A stretch of 64,000 nt of DNA, taken from the IMG/VR virus record IMGVR_UViG_3300010346_002377, one strand, 5' to 3'. Shown in pieces: positions 17,064 through 26,854 of the stretch (position 1 is the stretch's first letter; every line of letters begins with the position of its first letter). The notes under the pieces are model-generated. The model was not told the origin of the DNA. It saw only the letters and a program-made list of their open reading frames with translations, and did not search any database. The translations under genes and the position numbers were made by a program. The stretch comes from an uncultured virus (IMG/VR IMGVR_UViG_3300010346_002377). Taxonomy: Duplodnaviria > Heunggongvirae > Uroviricota > Caudoviricetes.

Positions 17064-18886
17064 TGGCCATTCACGAACCCTACACCGCGTCCGACGGCTA
17101 CTCCGGGTTTTCCATGTGCCACACGGGCATGGATCCCCTGCAGCTCAGCGGCGGCGCGTTCTCCCGCGGGATCAACGTCACCGTCCGCGGCGGCCTGCTG
17201 TCCACGCGCCCGGGTTTCGAGGACCTCGGCGTCCTCGGTTCCGGGGCGTTCCAGGGCGCGGCCGTCTACTCGCTCGAGGAAGCCGACCACCTCGTCTACG
17301 CGCTGAACGGGAAGATCTTCGTCCGCGACGCGTCCGGAAAAATCCACTCGATCGGCGGCTCCATGAAGGCGTCCGGTCCGGTCTACTTCGCGCAGGTTTT
17401 CAAATGGATGCTTTGCCAGGACGGCGAGAGCCGCCCGATCGTCGTGCAGGAGAGCGGGGGCGTTTTCTCCCGGTTCGAGCGCGACGTCGTTCTGGACCCC
17501 GGCGCCCCGGTGCCGAAGATTTGCCTTGTTCCCGGTACTGTCGGCGCCTACGCGCACGGCCGGTACCACTACGCCACGACGAAGATGCCGGACGTCAACC
17601 CGGCGCTCGAAGGCGGCAGCGGGTCCGCCTACACGAATCTCGACGTGCTCCCCGAGCTTCTCGAGGGCACCGGCCGCGCGAGCATCACGAGCTCCGACGT
17701 CCTCGACGTGCTGGAGCCCGAGGCCGTGTTCCGGCTGTCCGAGCACCGCGTGCTCAACGAAGGCGCGTCGCTCGGTCTGCCGGCCGAGCTTGGGTTCGTC
17801 CACGGCATGGGGGCCATGCGCGGCGCCGCCACGGGCACCGGCATCGGATCGCTGTTCGTGTTCTGCACCCGCGGCGTGGTCGCTTTCGAGTTCGGCAACC
17901 CCCGGGCGGAGTGGAAGAACGTCAATCTTTCCCAGGTCGCGTTCGTCGGCCCCGGCACGCGCAGCCCGCGCTCCGTGTTCAACGTCAACGACGACCTGTG
18001 GTACCTCGGCACCGAGGGCCACCTCCGGTCCGTGAACTACGACGGCGCCCAGCTTAGCGGCGGCTCGGCTTCGTCGGCGGCCCTGTTCAACGTCGTGAAG
18101 AGCATCGAGGCGAAGCGCTGGGTCGACCAGACGACGCCCGCCTGGCTCCCGCACGCGAGCGCGTGCGCCGCCGACAACCGGATCCATTGGGTCCTGGCCG
18201 ACGGCAAGGCGCTGGGGTCCATCGAGCTCGCCCAGGCGTACGATGCCAACCCGTCCGAGCAGCCGATCCTGCACGAGGGCATCTGGACCGGGTTCGACTT
18301 CCTGCAGGTCCTGTCCATCGGGAACCGCCTGCACGCCGTCGTTTCCGGGAAAGACGGCCCCCATCTTCTCCGTCTCGGCTCTCCCGACGGGTACGACCCC
18401 GGCGGAGTGGCCATCCGGTCCGAGCTCGTCACGCGCATGTTCCCGTTCGTCTACAACGAAGCCTCCTCGTTCCGCGAAGTGAAGCGGTTCGTGAGGTTCT
18501 CCGCCTTCTTCCAGGGCATCGACCGCCCGTGCCGCGTCGAGATCTCCTACCGCCCGGAGCACATGCTGTCGTGGACGCGCCTCGGCGGAGCGGCGTACAA
18601 CGTGCCGGCCAACACCCCCGGGCAGACCCGGATCCTTTCGCTCGCGCCCGACATGTCGGAGCTGGGGGCGTGCAACCCGGTGACCGGGGAGCCGCCGTGG
18701 ATGTTCCACGCCGCGCAGTTCCGCGTCGAATGGACCGGGCGGGCCACGATTGCGCGCCTTCTGGCGGACGCGTCGATCCAGGAAGACGTGCCGCGCCCCG
18801 CGTGCCAGGAAGACAACCCGGACGGGGTTTCGCTGCCCATTGCGGACGACGACGACTTCGCCTATACTGTTCCCATTGGAGACTAG
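17063..18886 (+). CDS. Tail nozzle/stabilisation protein (P22 gp10/T7 gp12-like)
   Basis: TAATG overlap start, N-terminal N.T.RGG.L.TRPGF pattern, about 607 aa beta-rich, located before the ejection-protein genes. Confidence 0.65.
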   Translation: MAIHEPYTASDGYSGFSMCHTGMDPLQLSGGAFSRGINVTVRGGLLSTRPGFEDLGVLGSGAFQGAAVYSLEEADHLVYALNGKIFVRDASGKIHSIGGSMKASGPVYFAQVFKWMLCQDGESRPIVVQESGGVFSRFERDVVLDPGAPVPKICLVPGTVGAYAHGRYHYATTKMPDVNPALEGGSGSAYTNLDVLPELLEGTGRASITSSDVLDVLEPEAVFRLSEHRVLNEGASLGLPAELGFVHGMGAMRGAATGTGIGSLFVFCTRGVVAFEFGNPRAEWKNVNLSQVAFVGPGTRSPRSVFNVNDDLWYLGTEGHLRSVNYDGAQLSGGSASSAALFNVVKSIEAKRWVDQTTPAWLPHASACAADNRIHWVLADGKALGSIELAQAYDANPSEQPILHEGIWTGFDFLQVLSIGNRLHAVVSGKDGPHLLRLGSPDGYDPGGVAIRSELVTRMFPFVYNEASSFREVKRFVRFSAFFQGIDRPCRVEISYRPEHMLSWTRLGGAAYNVPANTPGQTRILSLAPDMSELGACNPVTGEPPWMFHAAQFRVEWTGRATIARLLADASIQEDVPRPACQEDNPDGVSLPIADDDDFAYTVPIGD

Positions 18887-18890
18887 GCAG

Positions 18891-19967
18891 ATGGAACTCA
18901 TCACGCTCGGATCAATCACGCCCCTCGTCGGGCGGTTCATCGAAGGAGGGCAGGGCGCGTGCCGCCCCGACCTCGTCGCGGAGCGCGTAAGCGACGCCTG
19001 CGAGCGCCTGCTCGTCAAGTGCGACTCTCCGTACACGACCTGGAAATGCAGGATCCGGTGCGACCGCGGGCACTTCCCGCTGCCGCGCGAGATGGAGTCG
19101 ATCATCGCCTGCAACGTCGACAACGAGCCGTCCTACGTCAACCCGCAGACCTTCGAATTCATGGCGGCCGGGCCCGGAGAAATCGGGTCGTGGTCCGGCA
19201 CCGGCGAAAAGTCCCTCGAGGACGCCGGGGTGCATTGCACCATGTACGACCTGCCGGCCATCGAGTACCCCGCCGCCGACGCCGAAAAGATTTCCGAGTC
19301 CGCGTTCGACGCGCTCGGCTTGCGCATCGCCGCGTTCAGCCGCAGCCCCGACGACGTGGGCCGCAAGGTGTCCGTCTCCGGGCTCGACAACCTGAACGCC
19401 CCGCTTTCTTCCGCCGCCACCTCGTTCGCCCCGATGGAAGAGATTCCGATCAACGGGTGGCTCGGCGGCGTCGAAGGGTCCCTCGGCTGCCGGGTGGCCG
19501 CGCTGAAGAAGTCCGCCAATTTGTACCGCACCCTGACGGCGTTCGCGAAGACGAAGACGACCGGGCACGTCAGCCTGTACGCGATCGACGACGCCAGCGA
19601 GCGCATGTGGTTTCTCGCCAAGGCCCACCCCGACGACCAGCGCCCCGCGTGGCGGTGGTACAAGATCCGCAACCAGTCGGCCTACGGGTCGAACGTCCTC
19701 GTTTACGGCAAGGCGGCCGCCCTGCGGCTCACCCGCGGGACCGACGTGCTGCCCATCCAGAACCGCACGGCGGTCAAGCTGATGTGCCAGGCGATCGAGT
19801 ACGAGAACAAGGACCAGCTCAAGCAGGCCGTCGAGATGGAAGCGCAGGCGATGCGGGTGATGATGGAGGCCAAGGCCGACCACGACAACCGCGGCCACGT
19901 CGCCAACGTGATCGACATGGATTTGATGTGCAGCAACGCGGCCACCAACAGGTACTACAGCAGGTAG
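18891..19967 (+). CDS. Head-tail adaptor/tail tubular protein
   Basis: N-terminal helix ending VSDACERLL then FPLPREMESII, C-terminal helical hairpin; adjacent to the nozzle gene. Confidence 0.55.
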   Translation: MELITLGSITPLVGRFIEGGQGACRPDLVAERVSDACERLLVKCDSPYTTWKCRIRCDRGHFPLPREMESIIACNVDNEPSYVNPQTFEFMAAGPGEIGSWSGTGEKSLEDAGVHCTMYDLPAIEYPAADAEKISESAFDALGLRIAAFSRSPDDVGRKVSVSGLDNLNAPLSSAATSFAPMEEIPINGWLGGVEGSLGCRVAALKKSANLYRTLTAFAKTKTTGHVSLYAIDDASERMWFLAKAHPDDQRPAWRWYKIRNQSAYGSNVLVYGKAAALRLTRGTDVLPIQNRTAVKLMCQAIEYENKDQLKQAVEMEAQAMRVMMEAKADHDNRGHVANVIDMDLMCSNAATNRYYSR

Positions 19968-19970
19968 GCC

Positions 19971-21908
19971 ATGGGTCGCAAGTACACAGTTGAAGAGTTG
20001 AAGGCTCAGGACCCTGAGAAATGGACCGACGAGTACATCCAGGAATGGGGCAGCCGCAGCGGGAAAGTCGAAGGGATTGAGCGGGGGTCGTCCGGGCCGG
20101 AGGCGGCGGCAGCGGACCCGGCCTCTGGGACGAACCACGCAAAGGACACCCGGGGCAAAACCAAGTTTCAAGTGACCGGTAGCATGGTAGAGATCGGCCA
20201 GGTCTCCGCTGGTTTGTCTGGTGGCATTGGCAGGGTCCGCCCGAAGACCGAGGGTGCGGCAGTCTTGTATGATGATGCTACTGGGAAAATATATGAAACA
20301 ACGAAGTGGAAGGATCTTGACCGGAATCGGAACTATCTCGTAGACGCGCAGGGCCGAAGGCAGCGTATCGCCGGGTACGCAGCCGCGGGCGACGGGGGAG
20401 TTTATTCGATTCACAACAAGGCTAACCCCGGCACTCAGTGGGTGTTGGCCGGGTACAACGAAGAGGTTCCGGAAGCGGGTACCGAAGAGTTCCAGGAGTA
20501 TGTAGCGAAGAAGTTCGAGACGTCGGCAATGGCGCAGGCGATCGGCAACCGGGTCCGCGTGGGCGAGGACGGTAAAGTCGAGTATCCAAAAACCGAGCTG
20601 GGGCAGTACGCGACGATGTCGTCGGCCGACTGGATTAAAATGGGCCGCCCCGGAAAAGTCGGAAACTTTTCGATGCACAAGTACAAGGACTTGTCCGACG
20701 ACGACTTGCTGGCTCGCGGCGGGCTCCTTTTGCAGGACACGAAGGACCGGGCCCACGGCATCGAAAAAGCCATCAACAAGGTTGGAAAACTATGGGGGGA
20801 CAGCAACTTCGGGCATGAGCTGATGCGGGTGGCGACCGACATCGGGCGCATCCCGTTGCTAGGGGATTTGTCCGGGCTCAACTTGGTGGTGAGACCAATA
20901 AACGCGTACGAGTCTGCGCGCGACGCCGGCAAGTCCGCGCAGTCGGCGGCCAAAGAGGGCGCGAAGGCCGGGGTGGACGCCTTCATAGACACGCAGCTCG
21001 CCGCAGCCAAGTTAGCGGCGGCTGTTGCCACAACGGCTGCCACCGGAGGAGCCGGGGCTCCGCTTGCGATAGCGCTTATCGCCGGAGCCGCGGCCGGCGC
21101 GGCGACGGAGTACGCCGGGTCTATGGCGTCCAGCGCGAAGCAGCGCATGATCTTTGGGTCCGGGAACACAATGTACGGGGCCGCAGCCGGGGAGGACGCG
21201 CTTTCGGTTAAGAGCAGCCATCAGATGCAGAACCGCGCGGGCAAAGCGGCCGCCGTGGGGGCCATAACCGGGGCCGCCGGGCGCGCGGCCGCGTGGCTTA
21301 CGGGTCCCGGGGCCGGCGTGTTCACGAAAACGGGGGTCGGGCAGTCTCCGTTCGCCGGGTCCGGGGCGCTTGAGCTTTTCAAGGGCGGCAACATGCTAAA
21401 GGGGCTCAACATGCAGAGCATGTTTGGCGAGGGGGCGGTTGGGCGTTGGGCGGGGGCTGGGGTAAAAGGCGGGGCGTCTTACTTGGCGAGCAGGCATGTA
21501 ATGGGTGCGAGCAACAACGACCCGTTTATGTGGGCCGGGGTCGCTTCTGCTGCTTTTAACCCGGACAAGATCTACGATGGTGAGGCGATTTCAAAGGGTA
21601 ATGCTTACATAGCAAACGGCATGGGGGCTTTTGAGGCGTTCCGCGAAATTTCTGCGCAGACTCCGCTGTTGTCAGGGGTTTTTGGGCGCGGAACGCGGAC
21701 GCGCCGGCACATTGATTTTTTGATGTCAAAAGACCGTGAAACCCCGGTGGGGTTTTCCGAGGCGGTTCGCGACATGAAAGGTCTGTCGGTTACCGAGCTG
21801 ATGACCCGGCGAAACTTGAGTCGGTTTTCGCCCTACCAAAAGCTTGGAAACGGGGCGTTGGGGTGGCTCGACGACGAGCTCCCGCTCATAATGGACAAGG
21901 AGGCGTAG
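19971..21908 (+). CDS. Putative internal virion/ejection protein
   Basis: Ala/Gly-rich hydrophobic helix AAAVATTAATGGAGAPLAIALIAGAAAGA; follows the tail genes. Confidence 0.55.
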   Translation: MGRKYTVEELKAQDPEKWTDEYIQEWGSRSGKVEGIERGSSGPEAAAADPASGTNHAKDTRGKTKFQVTGSMVEIGQVSAGLSGGIGRVRPKTEGAAVLYDDATGKIYETTKWKDLDRNRNYLVDAQGRRQRIAGYAAAGDGGVYSIHNKANPGTQWVLAGYNEEVPEAGTEEFQEYVAKKFETSAMAQAIGNRVRVGEDGKVEYPKTELGQYATMSSADWIKMGRPGKVGNFSMHKYKDLSDDDLLARGGLLLQDTKDRAHGIEKAINKVGKLWGDSNFGHELMRVATDIGRIPLLGDLSGLNLVVRPINAYESARDAGKSAQSAAKEGAKAGVDAFIDTQLAAAKLAAAVATTAATGGAGAPLAIALIAGAAAGAATEYAGSMASSAKQRMIFGSGNTMYGAAAGEDALSVKSSHQMQNRAGKAAAVGAITGAAGRAAAWLTGPGAGVFTKTGVGQSPFAGSGALELFKGGNMLKGLNMQSMFGEGAVGRWAGAGVKGGASYLASRHVMGASNNDPFMWAGVASAAFNPDKIYDGEAISKGNAYIANGMGAFEAFREISAQTPLLSGVFGRGTRTRRHIDFLMSKDRETPVGFSEAVRDMKGLSVTELMTRRNLSRFSPYQKLGNGALGWLDDELPLIMDKEA

Positions 21909-21909
21909 G

Positions 21910-23415
21910 ATGTCTTGGTTGCAATCAGCAAGTTCTTTTGTAGGGTCGACTGTGGGGGCGGTGGTTTCTGGCGGGGTCAACCTGGCTGCGAACTTTTTGA
22001 CCGGGGTCGGCTCTGTTATGAACTACGGGTTTTCCGCGGCGGGGCTGAATGACCTCGGGCGGGGCATCGGCAACATCCTCACTCCCGGCGGGGCCCCGTA
22101 CACGCCCGGAACGAATGCGTCCCAGCAGCCCTTCAGCTGGCGGCCGATACCGAACGCGAGCCAGGACAACAACCTATACAATCCGTTTTCGTTTTCTGCG
22201 TTTGGGCAGAGTATGTTTGGGTTGGACACGGTGGGGCGGGGGTCGAGCGACCAAATTAAGCTAGCCGCCGCAGACCCCTCGCAAGCTTCGGGCTCAACAG
22301 ACCTAATAAATAACCAATCTAGCTCAGCTGGCACAGCGGACCCATCCGTAGCTCCCAAACCTCGAGCTGAATCCGACACGCGATCTGTGGGTGAAGATGT
22401 AGTCCCGCCGCCCAGCCAGCCCGACCTCAACCCCCGGACCTACGACGACTTTTTTGACGAAGAGCTTGGCGCAAGCGCGTTTTTTCCTGACCGCAAATGG
22501 TCGGCAGACCTTGTTGAAAGAGCAGACCAGACACTAGAATATAAGGACATTGCGCTGTCCGCGGCGGGGCGGGCGGCAGAGGGCGACGCTGCTCTGCAGG
22601 CTAGGCTTTTCCAAGTTGAGGGCAACTTGGCTTCGAAAGCACAGAACCTTGAAGCCGCAAGAATCGACTACGAAACCGCGAAGTTAGCTGTAGGTTCCCC
22701 CGGGCCCGGGGCGTCGGCCGACCCCGGCGCGCCCCGCGCGCTGGCTCAAGCAGAGCGCCGGCTGTCGGCGGCCCAAGCCGGGTTGAAAATGGCAGTTGAC
22801 GCCAACATTGGCTCAATCTTTTCCCCGGATAAAGCAAAACAGTCAAACGATGGAAAGATACTTGGGTTGAGCAGCCGCGCCGGGGACCTCAAACTAGTGA
22901 CCCCTGCGTTTGGTGCCAAGCAACCCGGCGATGACTTGGCCGGTAGAAAGCTCAACCAAGCAACTCGTTTGGTCGAGGAGGCTCGGCGGCTGAACGAAAC
23001 GGACGCTACTACGGCCTCGGGGTTGCTGCTCCAGGCAGAGGCCTTGCTTGAAGACGCGGAGGCGGCAAACGATGCCCTTGGCCGGTCCACTTACAAGGAT
23101 GGTTTTTGGGTCAAGAACCGGGTCACCGGCGAGCGGGTCGAAGTGGACTGGGCCGGGGTGACCTCGTGGCTGTCCATCGCGACCACCTTCGGGTTGACGC
23201 TGCTCCAGCAGGAAATGCAAAGCCGCGCGGATGAGAAGAACCGCCGGTATCAGGACAAGGTCAGGCAGGAAGAACGCGAGGAGCGGGCGCGGCTCCAGAC
23301 TGAGCGACTCAATGCCCAGCTGCAAGTGGCTGAGATTAACGCGGCGGGCAGCTCTCCGGCGGCGGTGGGCGCGTCGCGCACCCACACGATCGGCGGCGGG
23401 GTTCACTCGGCGTAA
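21910..23415 (+). CDS. Putative ejection (DNA pilot-like) protein
   Basis: Gly/Ser/Val-rich N-terminus, hydrophobic segment WAGVTSWLSIATTFGLTLL followed by a charged coiled coil. Confidence 0.55.
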   Translation: MSWLQSASSFVGSTVGAVVSGGVNLAANFLTGVGSVMNYGFSAAGLNDLGRGIGNILTPGGAPYTPGTNASQQPFSWRPIPNASQDNNLYNPFSFSAFGQSMFGLDTVGRGSSDQIKLAAADPSQASGSTDLINNQSSSAGTADPSVAPKPRAESDTRSVGEDVVPPPSQPDLNPRTYDDFFDEELGASAFFPDRKWSADLVERADQTLEYKDIALSAAGRAAEGDAALQARLFQVEGNLASKAQNLEAARIDYETAKLAVGSPGPGASADPGAPRALAQAERRLSAAQAGLKMAVDANIGSIFSPDKAKQSNDGKILGLSSRAGDLKLVTPAFGAKQPGDDLAGRKLNQATRLVEEARRLNETDATTASGLLLQAEALLEDAEAANDALGRSTYKDGFWVKNRVTGERVEVDWAGVTSWLSIATTFGLTLLQQEMQSRADEKNRRYQDKVRQEEREERARLQTERLNAQLQVAEINAAGSSPAAVGASRTHTIGGGVHSA

Positions 23416-23426
23416 GGGAGACGGCA

Positions 23427-24287
23427 ATGGCAGACTATGATAAATTGCTTGGTAAATATGGCGTGACCGCGGACCAGGTTCGCGGGATGTCGGATTCGCA
23501 GCTCGCTCCTTTCGCAAAGAAAGAAGGGTTTACCGTTTCACAGGTCCGCTCGTTTCTTGGGGCGGCGAGCGGCGCGGCTGCCCCGGTGGCGGCCTCGGCG
23601 GCCAAGTCAACCGTGCAAGCGGGGTTTGGTGGACTGAAACAGTGGGATGTGCTGAAAGACTTGGCAGTTGGGCCGGCAGACGTGTCAACGCTCCCTGGCA
23701 TGGAAATGCTTCCGCAAGATGAACTTGGGCACACTACCGAAGCCGTGGAGGGGGCGCTGGCCGATTTCCGCGGGTCCCTCGACAAGATGTCGGCGGCCAA
23801 CGAGTCCCTGTTGAAGGGCGAGATTCCCGCAGACGTGCGCGCTGCGGTGCGCAGGGCGGCCTCTGAAAACTCGATCCTCGCCGGGGTGCGTGGCCAGGCC
23901 GCCCGGGCGCTCAGTGCCCGGGACTTGGGGCTTACCTCAATGGACATACGGCAAAAGGGGATTGCGAACGAGGGAGTAATAGCAGAGGCAAAACAAGCAT
24001 ACGCGGCGGCGCACGAAAACATTCGGCAATACAATACTACGCGCAATGCTGCGCTGGCCGAGCTCAGCATAAAGGCGCGCCAGCAGAACCTGAGCGCGGT
24101 CGAGAGTGAGCGGATGCGGGTTGCCACTAACATAGAGTCCAATCTGAACATTATGAAACTAATCTCGGAAATGCGCATCCAGCAGCAAAGTCTGGCGACC
24201 CAGGCGGCATCTAATAAGATCGACCCCGTCAATGTGATTGCGTCCATGGATGACATGATTGCTCAATTTTCCGCGAAGCTTTATTAG
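23427..24287 (+). CDS. Putative ejection protein
   Basis: RBS AAGGGAG; helical Q/A-rich protein with LKGEIPADV...ARDLGLTSMD. Confidence 0.55.
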   Translation: MADYDKLLGKYGVTADQVRGMSDSQLAPFAKKEGFTVSQVRSFLGAASGAAAPVAASAAKSTVQAGFGGLKQWDVLKDLAVGPADVSTLPGMEMLPQDELGHTTEAVEGALADFRGSLDKMSAANESLLKGEIPADVRAAVRRAASENSILAGVRGQAARALSARDLGLTSMDIRQKGIANEGVIAEAKQAYAAAHENIRQYNTTRNAALAELSIKARQQNLSAVESERMRVATNIESNLNIMKLISEMRIQQQSLATQAASNKIDPVNVIASMDDMIAQFSAKLY

Positions 24288-24296
24288 GAGGAACCA

Positions 24297-26798
24297 ATGG
24301 CAGCGTACGACTCTACTCCCTACAGTGGCCCGGGCTACCCGAGTTTCGGGGCCCTGCACGACTCTATCCAGACCGGGCTCGCCGGGCTTGTGCAGGCCCA
24401 GACTGCCTCCCGTGCCCAAGAGGTGGCTGCTTGGGACGCCCGTACCACGCAGATCCGGGAAGACCGAAAGTTCGAGCTCGATTTGCAGACTACGTTGCTG
24501 AATGCGGCAAGCGAGCGCAGGAAGGAAGAGCGCGAGGCAGCCGAGCACTTGATCGAGCTGCAGCGACTGCAGCTCGAGCGGCAGCAGGCCGATTTGAAGC
24601 TTCAAGAAGCGCAGCTGAACCTCAATACAAAGCAGCGTCAGTTTAAGTTCGAAGAGGAGAACGGGCAGCAGGTAGCCACGATCAGCGCGATGACCGGGCC
24701 GGTCGAGCGGGAGCGGGCGTGGAGGGCGCTCGCCAAGCGCCCCGGGTTTAGCTTTGCCCCGGCGAAATGGCTGGAAGCCCGCGAAAAGGACGAGCAGCTT
24801 GCTTCGTCGACCTATGTGTTGCTTGAAGACGGTTCGTCTGTCTCGGCGGCCCGCGCGGCTGACATGGTAGACAGCGAGAACCGGCATGTGCGGGCGATGG
24901 GGCTGGCGGCGACTCGGGTCCTCGGAGGCAACCCGGAAAGCTTGCCGGGCTACGCGACCACGCTGGCCGGCGATATAAACAGGTACGCGGGCAAAATGAG
25001 CCGGTACTCAGCGGATGCCGCCCCCGCGATACGCGGGCAGCTAGACGCGGTGGGCCGAGACGCGGAAGCCCGGGAGCTGCTGGCCCGTGTAACGCCGGAG
25101 AACTTCCCAGACCAGGAGGAGCGCGAACGAGTCTATGCTGAGAGGCTTCGGCTCGCGCGGGCTGCCGGCGCCGAGGTCCGGCACGGGTACATCGAGCTGT
25201 CCCGTTACGGGTTGAGCAAAAAGAATTTCGAGGAGGAGTACCTTGGTGCCCCGAGGCAGGTCGGCGGGGACGCGGCGGCGAATTCTGCCGCGGTCGTTGG
25301 GGAAGTGATTACCGCCGTGCAGCGGATGCAAGAGAAGGTCGCCCAGGGGCGGCTTGACCCGGACTGGGCGACCGAGGCTGCGGCTACGGCCGGGGGGTGG
25401 CTCAGGGACTTCCAGAACACTGCCAAGCGCGTAGAGGCGCCCGGGGCCAATTTTTTCTCCGCGGACACGGCCGACGCAGTGGTGCACGGGCTGACGCCGC
25501 TGCTGCTCTCGGCTTCTTTGGATGGTACGCTGACCGGGGTCAACTCGCCGGCGGATATATTGGGGGATGAGGCCGTCCGCGCTTCAGCGTCCCGGGTCGC
25601 GGTGGACCGACACAACCAGCAGCTTTTGGAGGCTATGGCCCAGGGCGTGCCGGTTGACCTGGACCAGTTCCAGTTTGCTTCGGCGGATCCCAACAAGCCC
25701 GCGCTGACGTTTGCCGAGGCGGCGGCTCGGTACAATAGTCTTAAGTTGCAGAATCCGGAAGCCGGCACGCTGGACGCTCAGCACTTGAAGTACCTTGAAG
25801 AAACTGTCAAGCCGCACCTGGTGGAAATGCCTTCGGAAGCCGGCCCCGCCCCGGCAATGACCCCGGACGACGCGGTCGACACGCTGGAGGAGCGCGGGTT
25901 CGACGCTGCCGCTTTGGGGGTGCAAGCGTTGGCGCCCTTGGTGTATAAAGAAGCCATGCGACCGGGACGCCCGGGCGAGCTGTCGGGGCGGTGGTCGGTG
26001 CCCGGCTTCCGCGGACGGAGTGGCAGTCAGTCAATGACCGCTGCACAGGCGGAAGAGCGGGCGCTGTACATAATGGGTCGGTTTGAGGAAGCCGGCCGGG
26101 TGAACCCTTGGGCTAAGAGCAGCTTTGTGCAGGCGGCGGCTGATCGCGTGGTCGGGGCAGCGGGCACTGCGCGTGGGCTGGCCTGGCTGGTTGATGCCTC
26201 CGCTCGTGTGGTGTCTGCTCAGCTTCCGCCTCCGCTAAATTTGATGTTGCGGGCGGCGAACACCACGGCCGGGAAAACGATGCTTGGCTTGAGCGAGCCC
26301 GAGGCCGCGGACCCCAAGGCCTACGGGAGCTTCGCCACGCTGTCGGTCGCATCCGGCGCGGCCCTCGCGCTCGAGGGGGCCGCGGCGGCCGCTGCGGAGC
26401 TGCAGTCGGGCACAGACCTCAGGTGGCTGGCTCGGAGGCTTGTAACTTGGCAGGGGTTTGTGCAGGCGACGGAGTCGGTCGCGGACAGCAAATCGGTGGT
26501 TGGCGTCCGTAGGGCGGCGCTGGCGCTCGACGCGCTCCCGGCGGACGTGCGGAGACAGCTGGCGCAGCTGTACCGGGAGGAGTTCGAAGCCCCGGTCACC
26601 GGCAGCCAGATGGCCAAAGAGATCGAGCGCGCCGGAGGCGACTTTGAGCTCATAACCAGTTATCTGGCGGCGGTGGCTGGTCAACCTTCGGTGGGCGCGG
26701 AATCCCGGAAGCGTAGAAGACAGAAAGACGACGACAGGGTGCGCGCCTTGCGCAACACTGCGGCCGGCGCTCGCGACGACTCCGGCGCCCTCGACTAA
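24297..26798 (+). CDS. Putative ejection protein
   Basis: RBS AGGAGG; long N-terminal coiled coil, Ala-rich helical body. Confidence 0.55.
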   Translation: MAAYDSTPYSGPGYPSFGALHDSIQTGLAGLVQAQTASRAQEVAAWDARTTQIREDRKFELDLQTTLLNAASERRKEEREAAEHLIELQRLQLERQQADLKLQEAQLNLNTKQRQFKFEEENGQQVATISAMTGPVERERAWRALAKRPGFSFAPAKWLEAREKDEQLASSTYVLLEDGSSVSAARAADMVDSENRHVRAMGLAATRVLGGNPESLPGYATTLAGDINRYAGKMSRYSADAAPAIRGQLDAVGRDAEARELLARVTPENFPDQEERERVYAERLRLARAAGAEVRHGYIELSRYGLSKKNFEEEYLGAPRQVGGDAAANSAAVVGEVITAVQRMQEKVAQGRLDPDWATEAAATAGGWLRDFQNTAKRVEAPGANFFSADTADAVVHGLTPLLLSASLDGTLTGVNSPADILGDEAVRASASRVAVDRHNQQLLEAMAQGVPVDLDQFQFASADPNKPALTFAEAAARYNSLKLQNPEAGTLDAQHLKYLEETVKPHLVEMPSEAGPAPAMTPDDAVDTLEERGFDAAALGVQALAPLVYKEAMRPGRPGELSGRWSVPGFRGRSGSQSMTAAQAEERALYIMGRFEEAGRVNPWAKSSFVQAAADRVVGAAGTARGLAWLVDASARVVSAQLPPPLNLMLRAANTTAGKTMLGLSEPEAADPKAYGSFATLSVASGAALALEGAAAAAAELQSGTDLRWLARRLVTWQGFVQATESVADSKSVVGVRRAALALDALPADVRRQLAQLYREEFEAPVTGSQMAKEIERAGGDFELITSYLAAVAGQPSVGAESRKRRRQKDDDRVRALRNTAAGARDDSGALD

Positions 26799-26800
26799 CC

Positions 26801-26829
26801 TTGCGCCCAAGTCACCCAGCGACTATACT
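26801..26829 (+). promoter_or_regulatory. Sigma70-like promoter of the giant gene
   Basis: TTGCGC-N17-TATACT, then RBS AGGAGGAG and ATG 26855. Confidence 0.6.
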
Positions 26830-26854
26830 CCTAGGTGATCAGGAGGAGCTTTAG

